Assembly: GCA_016699425.1 (NCBI GenBank)
Contig: CP064975.1
Coordinates: forward strand, 654,098-718,097
Reading direction: 5' to 3'
Length of the DNA stretch: 64,000 bases
From: Candidatus Moraniibacteriota bacterium
GTDB lineage: Bacteria > Patescibacteriota > Minisyncoccia > Moranbacterales > UBA1568
The position numbers and the translations under genes are program-made. This document shows, piece by piece, positions 1 through 10,027 of this stretch (its first letter is position 1; every line of letters starts with the position of its first letter). The notes under the pieces were generated by a model. The model was not told where the DNA came from and did not search any database. It saw only the letters and a list, made by a program, of their open reading frames with translations.

Positions 1-20
1 AGATTCATTTGTCATAAGCG

Positions 21-1124
21 TTACGAGTTATTTCTTGAAAGGATATGAATAATACCATCGTTCTTTTCTGCGCTGACACTGATCCTATCACCCGTACGAA
101 TAATCTCTGTAGCATCCGAGACCGCCACGATACACGGGATGTGAAGCTCACGACTTGTAATAGCTGCATGAGAGTTCAGTCCGCCCTGATTTGTAATAAT
201 CGCCACAGCTTTTCGTAAAATCACCATAAACTGTACCGTCGTATTTTCAGTAACGAGGATTTCTCCCTCCTGCATTTCAGCGATTTGATTTTCGACAGCA
301 CGGAAGTCATCGCTGTAATCGGCCAATATCACCCGCGCTCTCCCTTCAACCTTACCGAGGCTCGCGCTCGTGCCATGAAGCTCTCTGGTATCCAGATTTT
401 TTGGACGAAATTGTTCTATGACTTTTTTTGTTTCTTCAAAATTAGGCTCTTCGATTTTCCCGCCTGTTCCATACAAAATGTACGCTCTTTGCCGTCGCTC
501 TACAATTTCTTGTTCGGGCATCTTTCCAGAGAAGAGATTTTTCACTTCATCCTCGGAAAAGAACTTGATATCTTGCGGGGCAACACGAAACTGCGTTGCT
601 ATCATATCAAGTACGCGGTAGAAAATATCCAAGCCAAGCTTATGCAATATTTCGCTCGAGGGAAATTTGATTTCGCCCAGTCGCTGCAAGTTATTTTGAA
701 GAAGTGTATTCTCTTTCGACTGTGAGAAGGCAAGGTCCGTAAAAATTGCTTCCGTCTTATCATGGTATACCCATATTTCTTTCAATGTAGTGGACAAGTC
801 TATCCAATCCGATTCTGTAATATTTTCCTTATCAGTAAATCGATCAATGGTCTGTCTCGCTTTTTCCAAATACACTTCGAAGTCTTTCAAATATGCATCA
901 AACTTCTCTCGGTCAGAAAAAAGTTCCAATCCCTCCTGCAATGTCCGATTCATTCCTTCTCGAAAAATAAAGCTTCGAAAAAACCCTTTATCATATATAG
1001 TCAACGTATCATGCTGACTATATTGATAAAGAAAATGCTGAGCGAACAGATACCCGATTCCTTTAAATGCAAAAAGTGGATGAAATCCCTCTTGCGTTAA
1101 AAGTGTAAAATCTGTCTTATCCAT
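21..1124 (-). CDS. Module protein: ~260 aa N-terminal domain of unknown function plus a C-terminal PEP-utilizing (swivel phosphohistidine) domain
   Basis: The C-terminus reads '...VTENTTVQFMVILRKAVAIITNQGGLNSHAAITSRELHIPCIVAV...', matching the PEP-utilizers mobile His-domain signature (GG.TSHAAI.SRE.GIP.VVG). I moved the start to the ATG at 1124 (MDKTDF...), because the ORF-track start at 1217 would overlap the upstream gene. Confidence 0.55.
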   Translation of the reverse strand: MDKTDFTLLTQEGFHPLFAFKGIGYLFAQHFLYQYSQHDTLTIYDKGFFRSFIFREGMNRTLQEGLELFSDREKFDAYLKDFEVYLEKARQTIDRFTDKENITESDWIDLSTTLKEIWVYHDKTEAIFTDLAFSQSKENTLLQNNLQRLGEIKFPSSEILHKLGLDIFYRVLDMIATQFRVAPQDIKFFSEDEVKNLFSGKMPEQEIVERRQRAYILYGTGGKIEEPNFEETKKVIEQFRPKNLDTRELHGTSASLGKVEGRARVILADYSDDFRAVENQIAEMQEGEILVTENTTVQFMVILRKAVAIITNQGGLNSHAAITSRELHIPCIVAVSDATEIIRTGDRISVSAEKNDGIIHILSRNNS

Positions 1125-1134
1125 ATGTCTTATA

Positions 1135-4100
1135 CTATGTTTTCTCCAAAATCCGCACCACCCCCTGATCCGCATCCACCTCAACCAGGTCGCCGTCGTG
1201 GAGGATTTGTGTTGCAATTTTCGTACCGATGATACAGGGTTTCCTCATTTCACGTGCGATGATGGCAGCGTGGCATGTCACCCCTCCTTCATCAGTCACG
1301 AACGCAATGGCCTTCTTCATAATCGTCATCATATCCGGCGTCGTCATCGCCGTGACGAGTACATCACCCTCCAGAACACCATCGAAGTCTTTTCTCCTTA
1401 CCACCAACCTCACCCGTCCTTGAATCTTTCCTTTGAACGCCACTGTCCCACGCACCTCACCTCCTTTTACAGGTTGATCGATATACTGTTCCTTGAGCCT
1501 CGCAATCTCTTCTTGGTCGGCAGTGAAAATGGTCGATCCCGGAGTAACGGTCGCGAGAAAATAATCTTTCTTCCGGTTCTCGATTTCTTCTTTGGTAGGA
1601 ATAGTGCCGTCGAGGATTTCAGCTACCCGTAACCTCATCAGGTCTTTCAGACTCATATCGTAGACGTCTGCCACTGCTCGCAAGAGTGGTCTCACCGTTG
1701 AGATAATACGATTGAGGTAGTCCGTACGATAGGTGCGGAAATACACCAGCTCTTTTGCTACTCTTACTATCTCCTTCTCTTCACCTGAGAGATTGAGGCG
1801 CTGTAGGTATTTCTCAGACTCAACACTATGCTTTTTTTTCCTTTCAATATTTTCAACACTCTCTTTTTCAAAATCAATATCCATCCCGACGATACGGTCA
1901 TAGATATCTTGCGGACTCCAGCTTTCATCGAGTCCCCCGCGCGCGTTGATCCAACCGTACTCATCAGCATGTTGGACCAGAAGCCTTTTCGCCTGGTCGG
2001 AAAGTGCTGCATAGGAGGAGGCCTCTTCCGCGACAACTACCGCTCCTATCTTATAAAGATTTTCCTGCTCAAAAGCAGCGAGATTTTCCTTTTCTGGAAA
2101 GGATAAAAATGAGAGTGCCTCATCGGGATTGCCTGCTCTCTGTGCAATTTTCCTCAATGCCTTTTCAATCGGGCTTTCGAGATAGAAACCCAGCAAGGAA
2201 ATCGAAAAAATCTTGTACCTTTCAAAGAATTCACGTGCCAATTTCAAGACATCTCCTTTCTTCATGTCTCGATAATCTCTCTTTGAGAGTGCGAGAGCCA
2301 CATCGTATACTTCTTCACCATACCGATAGATATTGGTGAACATGGTATCAAAATATCCTTTCTCATTTTTTGATTTCTCGTAAAGGTGTTCCCCAAATCC
2401 AGTGGCATCTGGTCCATAATTATATGTCCCACTCACATACGCAGAACGGACATAATAATCCGTGAGGAATATCTTCTGATACGTGCCAAAATCGGCGTAC
2501 GCCTGGATGAAGAGATCCGATATCAACGGCACATACTCTCGAGCAACGACCTTCTTCAGTTTCGATCCGCCAAAGGAAGCCTGCGAGAGTATGACCCGCA
2601 CCATCCCGTGGTCCGCCACGCCTGAGGACGGGCAGGCATCGACCTCCACCAGGTCACCGTCTTTCAAAACCTGGGTTGCGATCTTGGTCCCGATGATGCA
2701 GGGTTTCTTCATCTCCCGTGCGACAATCGCCGCATGGGAAGTGATTCCGCCCAAATTTGTCACGAAAGCAGAGGCTTTTTTCATGCCCATGATATATTCC
2801 GGCATCGTTTCATTGGCCACGACGACATCGCCTGCCTGTATTTTCTCGAGATCTCTCACATCAATAACAATCCTTGCGACACCGGTTACGTGACCCTTGA
2901 AGGCTACCGTTCCAGAAACAGATTGCTGATGAGATAAATCTACACTTCCGAATATTTTCAATTTTTCCTCAAGTTCCTTTCCAAAATAAAGCCGGAAATC
3001 ATCTCCGATGAAAGACATTCCGAAGCTATTTGATCGCTCAATGAGATTTTCAGGTAAGCTACCCCCCCGACACAAATCAGCGATTTCAGCAGGCATCATC
3101 AAGTCAAGTTCTGTCCTCGTAATACCGAACTTCAAAGCGAGCGCATCAAATGCATCCCAACAGGTACACATGACCTTGTTGATAGTCTCCGCATTGACTG
3201 ACCGATAATAAATAAGTTTCCGAAGCACTGAAAGTTTTTCAGTCAGAGATTCCCCTAAGAAGGTAATATTTTCTCCGGGCTCCTGTATTCCCTCTGCGAG
3301 TGCCATCACCTTTTCATGTTCAATCTCCTCTCGTTTCAATTTCTTCCCACCGAGATAACTCGCTCCCATCCAATAATATTTTTTAAGAAAATCTTCTTCC
3401 TCTCCGGGAACCAGATTCCGAAGCGCTTCCTTATACTGCATCAGATACGTCGGCTTGAAGGGAATAAGCAACTTCGCAAAGGTATCCGATGACAAATCGC
3501 ATTCCTCCGCAAACTCGGGAACGATCGGCTCCAACCCCCTGTCACAAAAGTGTATGAGCATCGAACAGCAGGCAATATCGGCGTATGCATCCATAAGAGC
3601 AGGGATGTCTTTTCCCAGAGCAGCCTCATTGGCGCGACGCAATGATTCCTCGCATACGGAGAAAAAATCTTGAAACCAGGATCGATCCTCTGAAAACTTT
3701 TTCTGAATGAATACCTCGAATAATTGATGATCCTTTTCCAAGGCATAGACAAAGCCATCCACATTTATGGCACCCGCCAAAAATCCATCCGGCACTACCA
3801 ATTGCTTGTATGCCCGGCTGCGCGCATAGCAATTCCATGGACCATTCCCGAAAATAGACATCCTCCATCTCCCCCAAAACCGCCACTTATTCACATTAGT
3901 AAGGAGATCCCATTCCACTTTGTCTACTACCCGCACCACCCCGTTGTCTGCATCGACTTCGACCAGGTCGCCGTCATGCAGGACCTGGGTCGCGATCTTG
4001 GTCCCGATGATGCAGGGCTTTTTCATCTCCCGTGCGACAATCGCCGCGTGGCACATGACACCGCCCTCGTCGGTGACAAAGGCGGTGGCTTTCTGCATCG

Positions 4101-4521
4101 CGGGCACATAGTCGGGTTCTGTCAACACGGAGACGATCACATCGCCTTCCCTAACCTTCACCAAGTCACGGCGACCGGTGATGACACGTACCACACCCTT
4201 CACATGACCCCGGTACGCAACCGCCCCAGAAAACTCGTCGATATCTACATCGACCGTTTCAAACATCAGGTTATTTTCCGTCATCTTTACGGCTAACGTA
4301 GACATTGGATAGACACTGCCATCGAGTATGAATGCTCCTTCCGTTACCCGCATCTCCAGTTCATTCACCAGCTCATCGTCCCCTCCGGCCGCAAGCCTGG
4401 GTATCTCTGCAGCCGCGATGACATCAGAGAATCGTGCATATTCCGGTAGCAATTTCTCGAACGACTCCTTGAGGAACATCGCCATTGAAGCCTGAAATAT
4501 ATCGTGCTCATCGCATACCAA
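1135..4521 (-). CDS. Large multidomain protein with three PEP-utilizing swivel phosphohistidine domains, each preceded by a ~300 aa domain of unknown function
   Basis: Three copies of '...VTDEGG(V/I)(M/T)CHAAI(V/I)AREM(K/R)KPCIIGTKIATQ(V/I)L(H/K)DGDLVEVDA...' lie at roughly aa 100-200, 540-640 and 1030-1128. The more likely start is the ATG at 4485; the track start at 4521 is a TTG. The gene overlaps the 3' end of the upstream 1521-aa ORF in another frame. Confidence 0.6.
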   Translation of the reverse strand: MVCDEHDIFQASMAMFLKESFEKLLPEYARFSDVIAAAEIPRLAAGGDDELVNELEMRVTEGAFILDGSVYPMSTLAVKMTENNLMFETVDVDIDEFSGAVAYRGHVKGVVRVITGRRDLVKVREGDVIVSVLTEPDYVPAMQKATAFVTDEGGVMCHAAIVAREMKKPCIIGTKIATQVLHDGDLVEVDADNGVVRVVDKVEWDLLTNVNKWRFWGRWRMSIFGNGPWNCYARSRAYKQLVVPDGFLAGAINVDGFVYALEKDHQLFEVFIQKKFSEDRSWFQDFFSVCEESLRRANEAALGKDIPALMDAYADIACCSMLIHFCDRGLEPIVPEFAEECDLSSDTFAKLLIPFKPTYLMQYKEALRNLVPGEEEDFLKKYYWMGASYLGGKKLKREEIEHEKVMALAEGIQEPGENITFLGESLTEKLSVLRKLIYYRSVNAETINKVMCTCWDAFDALALKFGITRTELDLMMPAEIADLCRGGSLPENLIERSNSFGMSFIGDDFRLYFGKELEEKLKIFGSVDLSHQQSVSGTVAFKGHVTGVARIVIDVRDLEKIQAGDVVVANETMPEYIMGMKKASAFVTNLGGITSHAAIVAREMKKPCIIGTKIATQVLKDGDLVEVDACPSSGVADHGMVRVILSQASFGGSKLKKVVAREYVPLISDLFIQAYADFGTYQKIFLTDYYVRSAYVSGTYNYGPDATGFGEHLYEKSKNEKGYFDTMFTNIYRYGEEVYDVALALSKRDYRDMKKGDVLKLAREFFERYKIFSISLLGFYLESPIEKALRKIAQRAGNPDEALSFLSFPEKENLAAFEQENLYKIGAVVVAEEASSYAALSDQAKRLLVQHADEYGWINARGGLDESWSPQDIYDRIVGMDIDFEKESVENIERKKKHSVESEKYLQRLNLSGEEKEIVRVAKELVYFRTYRTDYLNRIISTVRPLLRAVADVYDMSLKDLMRLRVAEILDGTIPTKEEIENRKKDYFLATVTPGSTIFTADQEEIARLKEQYIDQPVKGGEVRGTVAFKGKIQGRVRLVVRRKDFDGVLEGDVLVTAMTTPDMMTIMKKAIAFVTDEGGVTCHAAIIAREMRKPCIIGTKIATQILHDGDLVEVDADQGVVRILEKT

Positions 4522-7500
4522 AATGCGCAGACATCAGCATACAGACGACCGAATTCCGCGACATCTTCTATTTTTTTCTCCCCCCGGAGATACGGCACGA
4601 CCTTTTGCCACTGCGATTCCGTATGGTCGATCATCCGTTTCCGTAATACTGAATCGGCGTTTATTCGCTTCAGTGCTTCAGCTTCAATTTCAGCAAGCTC
4701 GGCCGCATCATACCAGACACTGCGCGCCCGACCTTTCGGGGGGACCAGCATAATCGTATGTGATATGGACTGTCGCGTGAAACGCTCTAGCCCTTCCTTA
4801 TCACTCTGATACCAGATCATCATATACATGAGCGGTCGGCCATCGCGTTCGAAAAACTTTGAAAGAACTTGCGGAGTCGTTGTACTCGGATCACTGCTTT
4901 CGTTATTCTGCGCGACATCGTCCCGCTCACTGATTTCTTGTTCATTCCCCGTATGACCCCGTCTTCCCACCCGCTCGATCATCCGCACCACCCCGTTGTC
5001 TGCATCGACTTCGACCAGGTCGCCGTCTTTCAAGACTTGTGTCGCAATCTTGGTGCCGACGACACAAGGAATCTTCAATTCGCGAGACACTATCGCGGCA
5101 TGACAAGTTATGCCTCCCGTATCGGTAACAATAGCAGCCGCTTTATTCATTGCCGGAACCAAAGAGGGGTTGGTAGATATACTGACCAAGATATCCCCTT
5201 CGTTGAACTTCACCAGGTCATGTTTTGAGTTAACTATTTTCACGGTACCTTTCGCACCTCCATGGTACGCAACAGCACCTTTCAACGTACCCATCTCATC
5301 GATATCTTTGTCCTCGGCCATGCTGAACAGAGCCTTCATCCCTTTTGCCTCATCTCCAGAATATATCTCGTCTTTGCCATCCACCATTATGTAGGAACAG
5401 CATGTATATCTTTTTTTCATCTCCTCCTTTGTCACGGAAAGCCCGCCATCTACAAGCATTTTTCTAAATTCCTTTGGTAACAGATATCTTGTGTGCAACT
5501 TATTGAGAGAGAACCTTTTCGATACTTCTTCATACCATCTATCCATTGCAAAATTCAGAAGGAATGAATACTCTTTCCTCAATTCTTTCAAAAGTGACAA
5601 ATCTTTCAGAGAATTGATAGTCGACACCTCTTCTTCGCTTAATCCTTCACACGCTCTTGCCTGAAGATCTTTAAGGTCCCGAGATTCCTGCTCTCTCTTT
5701 ATTATTTCGTCTTCAACAGCAGTGGGGATCTTACGTTTCAGTAGATAAAAATAGTAGTCCGGTTTAGCGGCTGGTCCTAAATAATAATATTGCAACCAAC
5801 CAAAGTTTACCGAGAGCGCTTCCAGCTTGTCACGAATACCCTTTGGAAGTTCTGTGTACGTTTTTGCACGGAGCAATCTTTCCTCTTGCAGCTTATCGTT
5901 TTTTACGTCTCTCGCGAGGTTCAACACAGCATTTATCTCTGCGGTTAATACATTTGGCTCTGTTGGCGATACCAATTTACTAAAAATGATTTCCGGGTTT
6001 CCAAACTTTTCAAGTTTCTTCCAGACATCATTTTTTACCTTATCGGATAGTTTTTCTTCTCCCATGTCAATAAACTGACCGACCAGGCCCCAAGCCCACA
6101 TGTCGATCCACGTTCGATAGTTTTCATCGTATAGAGCGAATAATTCTCTACTTGTCTTCTTGCTAAGATCCGAATCAATAAGTTCTCTCGAGAATTTTTT
6201 TATGAACTCAAATGAATTGTTCAAGCCGTTTGAAATATCGTCTAAGAATGCTGGATTCTCTTTTAGCTTATGAGAAAAGTATTTTCCTGCTTTGGAAAAC
6301 TGATCAGCATCAGCACCCCACAAGACAACCTCTTTTTCAAAATAGAACAGGTTGTCTAACGGTGGTAAATCACCATGAGACAATTCGGAGAGACTCTTCC
6401 TAAACACGTCGTTAAGCACACACCAAGGATTCAGGGGAACGTCTCTGTCCTCAACAAAAATAGAAAACTTTCTCTCCCTCGTTCCATTTGCCTCTTGCCG
6501 CAGTGTCGTGATTGGCCGGCTTTGCACATCGTCAGACTTCTCGCTCGCCCGCTCGATCACCCGCACCACCCCATGATCCGCATCCACCTCCACCAGATCA
6601 CCATCATGGAGAACTTGCGTCGCGATCTTGGTTCCAACAATACACGGAATGTTGAGTTCTCTCGAAACAATAGCCGCATGTGAGGTCGCACCACCAGTAT
6701 CAGTTACAACCGCAAGTGCCTTCTTCATAGCAGGAACAAACTCCGGAGCGGTATATTCGGTCACCAGTACCTGCCCTTCCTGAAATTGCTGGATTTCTCT
6801 GCTCGATCTGATTATCTTCACAACGCCCCTGGCGTACCCATGACATCCGATCTTTCCGCTGATCACATTTTGGTCAGGGGTTTCTAGATGATCAATGTAC
6901 TGCGCTTTCAGCAGCGCCACTCGCTCCACCGCCTCGTCCCCTTCGCTTATTTCGATATCGTCGAAAGGCACGTGGAAATAAAGCGTCGCTTGCCGGCGTT
7001 TATCCATGAGCTCTTTCATGCCTTCTCTTTCGCCCCGTAAAGCCCTCTGTATATCTGGGATATGCAACTCTTGAAGTTCCGCGATACTGCATCTGAGTGT
7101 TTGTGCACAGTTATCCCATAATCTCTCAAAAGCAAATTTGGTATACGGCACCACGTACGTCGATATCTCATCTTTGAAGAAGAGTATGTGACTCAGGTAT
7201 TCAACCTCAGTTTGAATGACCGATGGGATCACAGGTTCCCGCTTCAAGCCCGTATGGACGGCGGAAGCGATATCGGGGATAAATGATTCAGGTGTGCGCT
7301 TACCGAGATTGAGCGCAGTCAAATACGCATACTTTGCAGCAAAAGCCGAAAACGCCTCCCCAAAGGATGGGTCACTCTTGCGCAAGTTTTCGACATCCGC
7401 TGTGCTCGGTTGCGTATCTTTGAAATACCTCTCTTTCAAAGCCACTGCATCCACGTGATGTTGTCCGAGATACGTCGCTCGTTTCGGATAGATGTACGCG

Positions 7501-8930
7501 CTCACTGATGTGTCGAATCCGCTCTCCTTGAGCTTTCCATTTGCCTGTTCTTCGATCGCTTCACTCAGGAGATAGAGTGCATTACTCATCGGATATATCT
7601 TTGCAGTCGCCTGAGAGAGTACCTCTAGATACCGGGTAAGCTCTTCGGCCGTATAGTTTCTATCTGCTTCCAGTTCCTTTTCCAGGTCATAGAGATGCTT
7701 CATTTGCATCGAATACTCGTCATACAGATTCTCGAAGAAAGTATCAGAAAGTCTGTCTTTGAGCGCTTCGTACAATATATTTTTCGCACCGACTTGGATG
7801 TGCCCCTCAAACTGGTCGTCTTTCACAATATAAAACACCCCGACATCGGTACCGGAAATATTTCGGTACTGCTTCAGATATTCATCGTTGATCCACAGAG
7901 AGAGCCAGAGTGGCGGATGATACTCCTTAAAGGTCAGTTCGAATTTCAAATCTTTCTCGATAATATTTTCTTCGGTCGGAGCGTCGAGCGTCGTGATGGG
8001 CCGGCTCTGGACAATGTAAAACTTACCGTCTTCATACGCCCACTCGATATCACAGGGGAAACCATAGTGATTCTCTATCTTTATGATGAGATCGGAAAGC
8101 TCGAGGATTTGCTCATCGGAAAGTTTCTGCTGATTTTTTTTCTCGAGAGAAATTTCCTGCCACTCATTCCCTCCTGATCCGGCACGATAAATCCCCCGCT
8201 CTTGTTCAGCGATGTTTTTGTCGATGATACGGCGCGGCTCTTTCTCGACAACATAGCTATCCGGCGTGATCTGACCCGAGACGATCGCCTCACCGAGGCC
8301 AAAGCCGGCTTCGATGATGAGCTGATTGTGGTCCTCGGTCACCGGATGCACCGAAAACGCGATGCCGGAAACTTCCGACTCGACCATTTTCTGTACGACG
8401 ACCGCCACGGAAATCTTCTCTGCATGCAATCCTTTTTCGAAACGATAGAAGACGGCGCGGGGTGTGAACAAAGACGCCCAGCACCGCTGCACATTCTGAA
8501 GGAGCGTCGCCTCGGTCGTATTCAGGAAACTGTCGAGCTGCCCGGCCCAGGCAGCGCTCGCCGAGTCTTCGGCCGTCGCGCTCGATCGCACCGCCACGAA
8601 TGGTGCGTCCAGTTTTCTGAACGTCTCGAGGACTTCACTCGCGATATCCTCCGGCATCTTCGCCTCGAGGATAAATTTCTGGATTTTCTCCGAGGCGTGC
8701 TCGACACTCCGCATCTCGTCTGTCTTCACGGTATGCAGGATCGCATCGATCTCCACACTGAGATCGGTTTCGTCGAGGAACCGTTCGAACGCGTCAGCGA
8801 GCAAGACGAACCCAGGCGGCACGGGTATCCCCGCTCGAGTCATCTCCCCGAGTGACGCCCCCTTTCCACCCGCGATCGCGGCATTATTCTTTGAAAGCTG
8901 TTTAAAATCTCTTACAAATCCCATAAGCAT
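4365..8930 (-). CDS. PEP-synthase-like (PpsA/PPDK N-domain) ATP-binding protein fused to two (unknown domain + swivel phosphohistidine domain) modules; no PEP/pyruvate TIM-barrel domain
   Basis: The N-terminal ~330 aa align to the E. coli PpsA nucleotide-binding domain: 'AIAGGKGASLGEMTRAGIPVPPGFVL', 'AVRSSATAEDSASAAWAGQLDSFLN' and 'DIEWAYEDGKFYIVQSRPITTL'. Swivel domains sit at ~aa 690-790 ('TDTGGATSHAAIVSRELNIPCIVGTKIATQVLHDGDLVEVDADHGV') and ~1290-1390 ('TDTGGITCHAAIVSRELKIPCVVGTKIATQVLKDGDLVEVDADNGV'). The last ~40 aa look like out-of-frame translation (Arg/Ser-rich). Confidence 0.65.
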   Translation of the reverse strand: MLMGFVRDFKQLSKNNAAIAGGKGASLGEMTRAGIPVPPGFVLLADAFERFLDETDLSVEIDAILHTVKTDEMRSVEHASEKIQKFILEAKMPEDIASEVLETFRKLDAPFVAVRSSATAEDSASAAWAGQLDSFLNTTEATLLQNVQRCWASLFTPRAVFYRFEKGLHAEKISVAVVVQKMVESEVSGIAFSVHPVTEDHNQLIIEAGFGLGEAIVSGQITPDSYVVEKEPRRIIDKNIAEQERGIYRAGSGGNEWQEISLEKKNQQKLSDEQILELSDLIIKIENHYGFPCDIEWAYEDGKFYIVQSRPITTLDAPTEENIIEKDLKFELTFKEYHPPLWLSLWINDEYLKQYRNISGTDVGVFYIVKDDQFEGHIQVGAKNILYEALKDRLSDTFFENLYDEYSMQMKHLYDLEKELEADRNYTAEELTRYLEVLSQATAKIYPMSNALYLLSEAIEEQANGKLKESGFDTSVSAYIYPKRATYLGQHHVDAVALKERYFKDTQPSTADVENLRKSDPSFGEAFSAFAAKYAYLTALNLGKRTPESFIPDIASAVHTGLKREPVIPSVIQTEVEYLSHILFFKDEISTYVVPYTKFAFERLWDNCAQTLRCSIAELQELHIPDIQRALRGEREGMKELMDKRRQATLYFHVPFDDIEISEGDEAVERVALLKAQYIDHLETPDQNVISGKIGCHGYARGVVKIIRSSREIQQFQEGQVLVTEYTAPEFVPAMKKALAVVTDTGGATSHAAIVSRELNIPCIVGTKIATQVLHDGDLVEVDADHGVVRVIERASEKSDDVQSRPITTLRQEANGTRERKFSIFVEDRDVPLNPWCVLNDVFRKSLSELSHGDLPPLDNLFYFEKEVVLWGADADQFSKAGKYFSHKLKENPAFLDDISNGLNNSFEFIKKFSRELIDSDLSKKTSRELFALYDENYRTWIDMWAWGLVGQFIDMGEEKLSDKVKNDVWKKLEKFGNPEIIFSKLVSPTEPNVLTAEINAVLNLARDVKNDKLQEERLLRAKTYTELPKGIRDKLEALSVNFGWLQYYYLGPAAKPDYYFYLLKRKIPTAVEDEIIKREQESRDLKDLQARACEGLSEEEVSTINSLKDLSLLKELRKEYSFLLNFAMDRWYEEVSKRFSLNKLHTRYLLPKEFRKMLVDGGLSVTKEEMKKRYTCCSYIMVDGKDEIYSGDEAKGMKALFSMAEDKDIDEMGTLKGAVAYHGGAKGTVKIVNSKHDLVKFNEGDILVSISTNPSLVPAMNKAAAIVTDTGGITCHAAIVSRELKIPCVVGTKIATQVLKDGDLVEVDADNGVVRMIERVGRRGHTGNEQEISERDDVAQNNESSDPSTTTPQVLSKFFERDGRPLMYMMIWYQSDKEGLERFTRQSISHTIMLVPPKGRARSVWYDAAELAEIEAEALKRINADSVLRKRMIDHTESQWQKVVPYLRGEKKIEDVAEFGRLYADVCAFWYAMSTIYFRLQWRCSSRSRSRNCYRNMHDSLMSSRLQRYPGLRPEGTMSW

Positions 8931-10027
8931 TAAATTTGTTCGCCTAAAACTTCTTGTGCAAATTTCGCGATACCAAACAGATTTTTGTACTCGTCGATAT
9001 CTGTCATCATTTTTCCACGGGGCAGTATGCCGTCGAGCAACGCCTTGCCGACTATCCGCTTTTTCATCTCCTCTGTCGGTTGCCAGTCAATGCCAGCGGA
9101 ATCGAACATCTTCTTCAATTGATAGCACTCTTGAAGCATTACTTTTGACTTCAGTTTCTCAAAATCCATTTTTCGAATCTCTCGGTAGAGAACCTCAGCT
9201 TTTTGCGATATCTCGCTAACCAAAATGTGAATCTGTTCGGTAGATAAGTATTTGCCGTCCGCTGTGACCGCGAACGTTCTCATCCCCTGGACAGGGACAC
9301 CACTCCTACTTATGGTGTGGCAACCGACCCCCAAGATTTCCCATTCAACACTTTCATACGTGGCATAAATGAGAATCTCTTTTATTGAGGACAGGTATTC
9401 TTTCGACCACAACTCTTTCGGCGACAAATCTGGAAAATGTCTAATGAGAAACGAACGTTCATTGCCCTCTATAGTTACCGAGTACGGGCCATAAACATCC
9501 CAACCAAAATCCGTCACAAGATCGTTGTATAATCCATGGACTAGTGAGCCCGCGGCAGTAATGAGTTGTCCGATACTTCTTGCTTTCTTCACATCCGCGT
9601 CCGTCCACTGAAGACGTTTTACAGTTTGATTGACTTCATCTTCGGAGTGATACGGATTTGATGAAATAGCAAAGGGGTCGTCAGGACAACCTTCCACCAG
9701 CATTCTCGCCAGAAAATTCACGACTAACCGACAATCATCAATGTTTTGTTCTCGATACCCCTGATAGGTGGGAATTATTTTTACGAGAATGGCCCGAATA
9801 TTGGAAGGTGGTGGCAACAGATGTCTCACTTCCTGAAAACTCTTATTCTCCAAATTTAATATGCGGATTACTTCGGCAATCCTTTTGATCCACAGGTCAT
9901 ACCACAAGGGGAAAAAATGATAAAAATCGATCGGCTGAAGCCCTTCAATGACTTGGCCTGCAAAAAGTCCAAACGTGCCTTTTGCGAATTGGTTAATCCA
10001 ATGCATAAATTTCACCTTTAGTTCCAT
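8930..10027 (-). CDS. Hypothetical protein (365 aa), no recognisable domain
   Basis: A long ORF that fits tightly, on the same strand, between the PpsA-like gene and the stand-alone swivel-domain gene. Composition is protein-like. Confidence 0.35.
   Translation of the reverse strand: MELKVKFMHWINQFAKGTFGLFAGQVIEGLQPIDFYHFFPLWYDLWIKRIAEVIRILNLENKSFQEVRHLLPPPSNIRAILVKIIPTYQGYREQNIDDCRLVVNFLARMLVEGCPDDPFAISSNPYHSEDEVNQTVKRLQWTDADVKKARSIGQLITAAGSLVHGLYNDLVTDFGWDVYGPYSVTIEGNERSFLIRHFPDLSPKELWSKEYLSSIKEILIYATYESVEWEILGVGCHTISRSGVPVQGMRTFAVTADGKYLSTEQIHILVSEISQKAEVLYREIRKMDFEKLKSKVMLQECYQLKKMFDSAGIDWQPTEEMKKRIVGKALLDGILPRGKMMTDIDEYKNLFGIAKFAQEVLGEQI

Noticed and set aside
3724-4296. Numerous 60-360 aa ORFs on the strand opposite the large genes, including 1198-1632, 3724-4296, 7695-8177, 13700-14605, 17445-18521, 22512-23606, 34075-34800 and 49652-50032
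   Set aside because: These are shadow ORFs, typical of high-GC coding DNA. Each lies entirely inside a well-supported gene on the other strand and lacks any motif.
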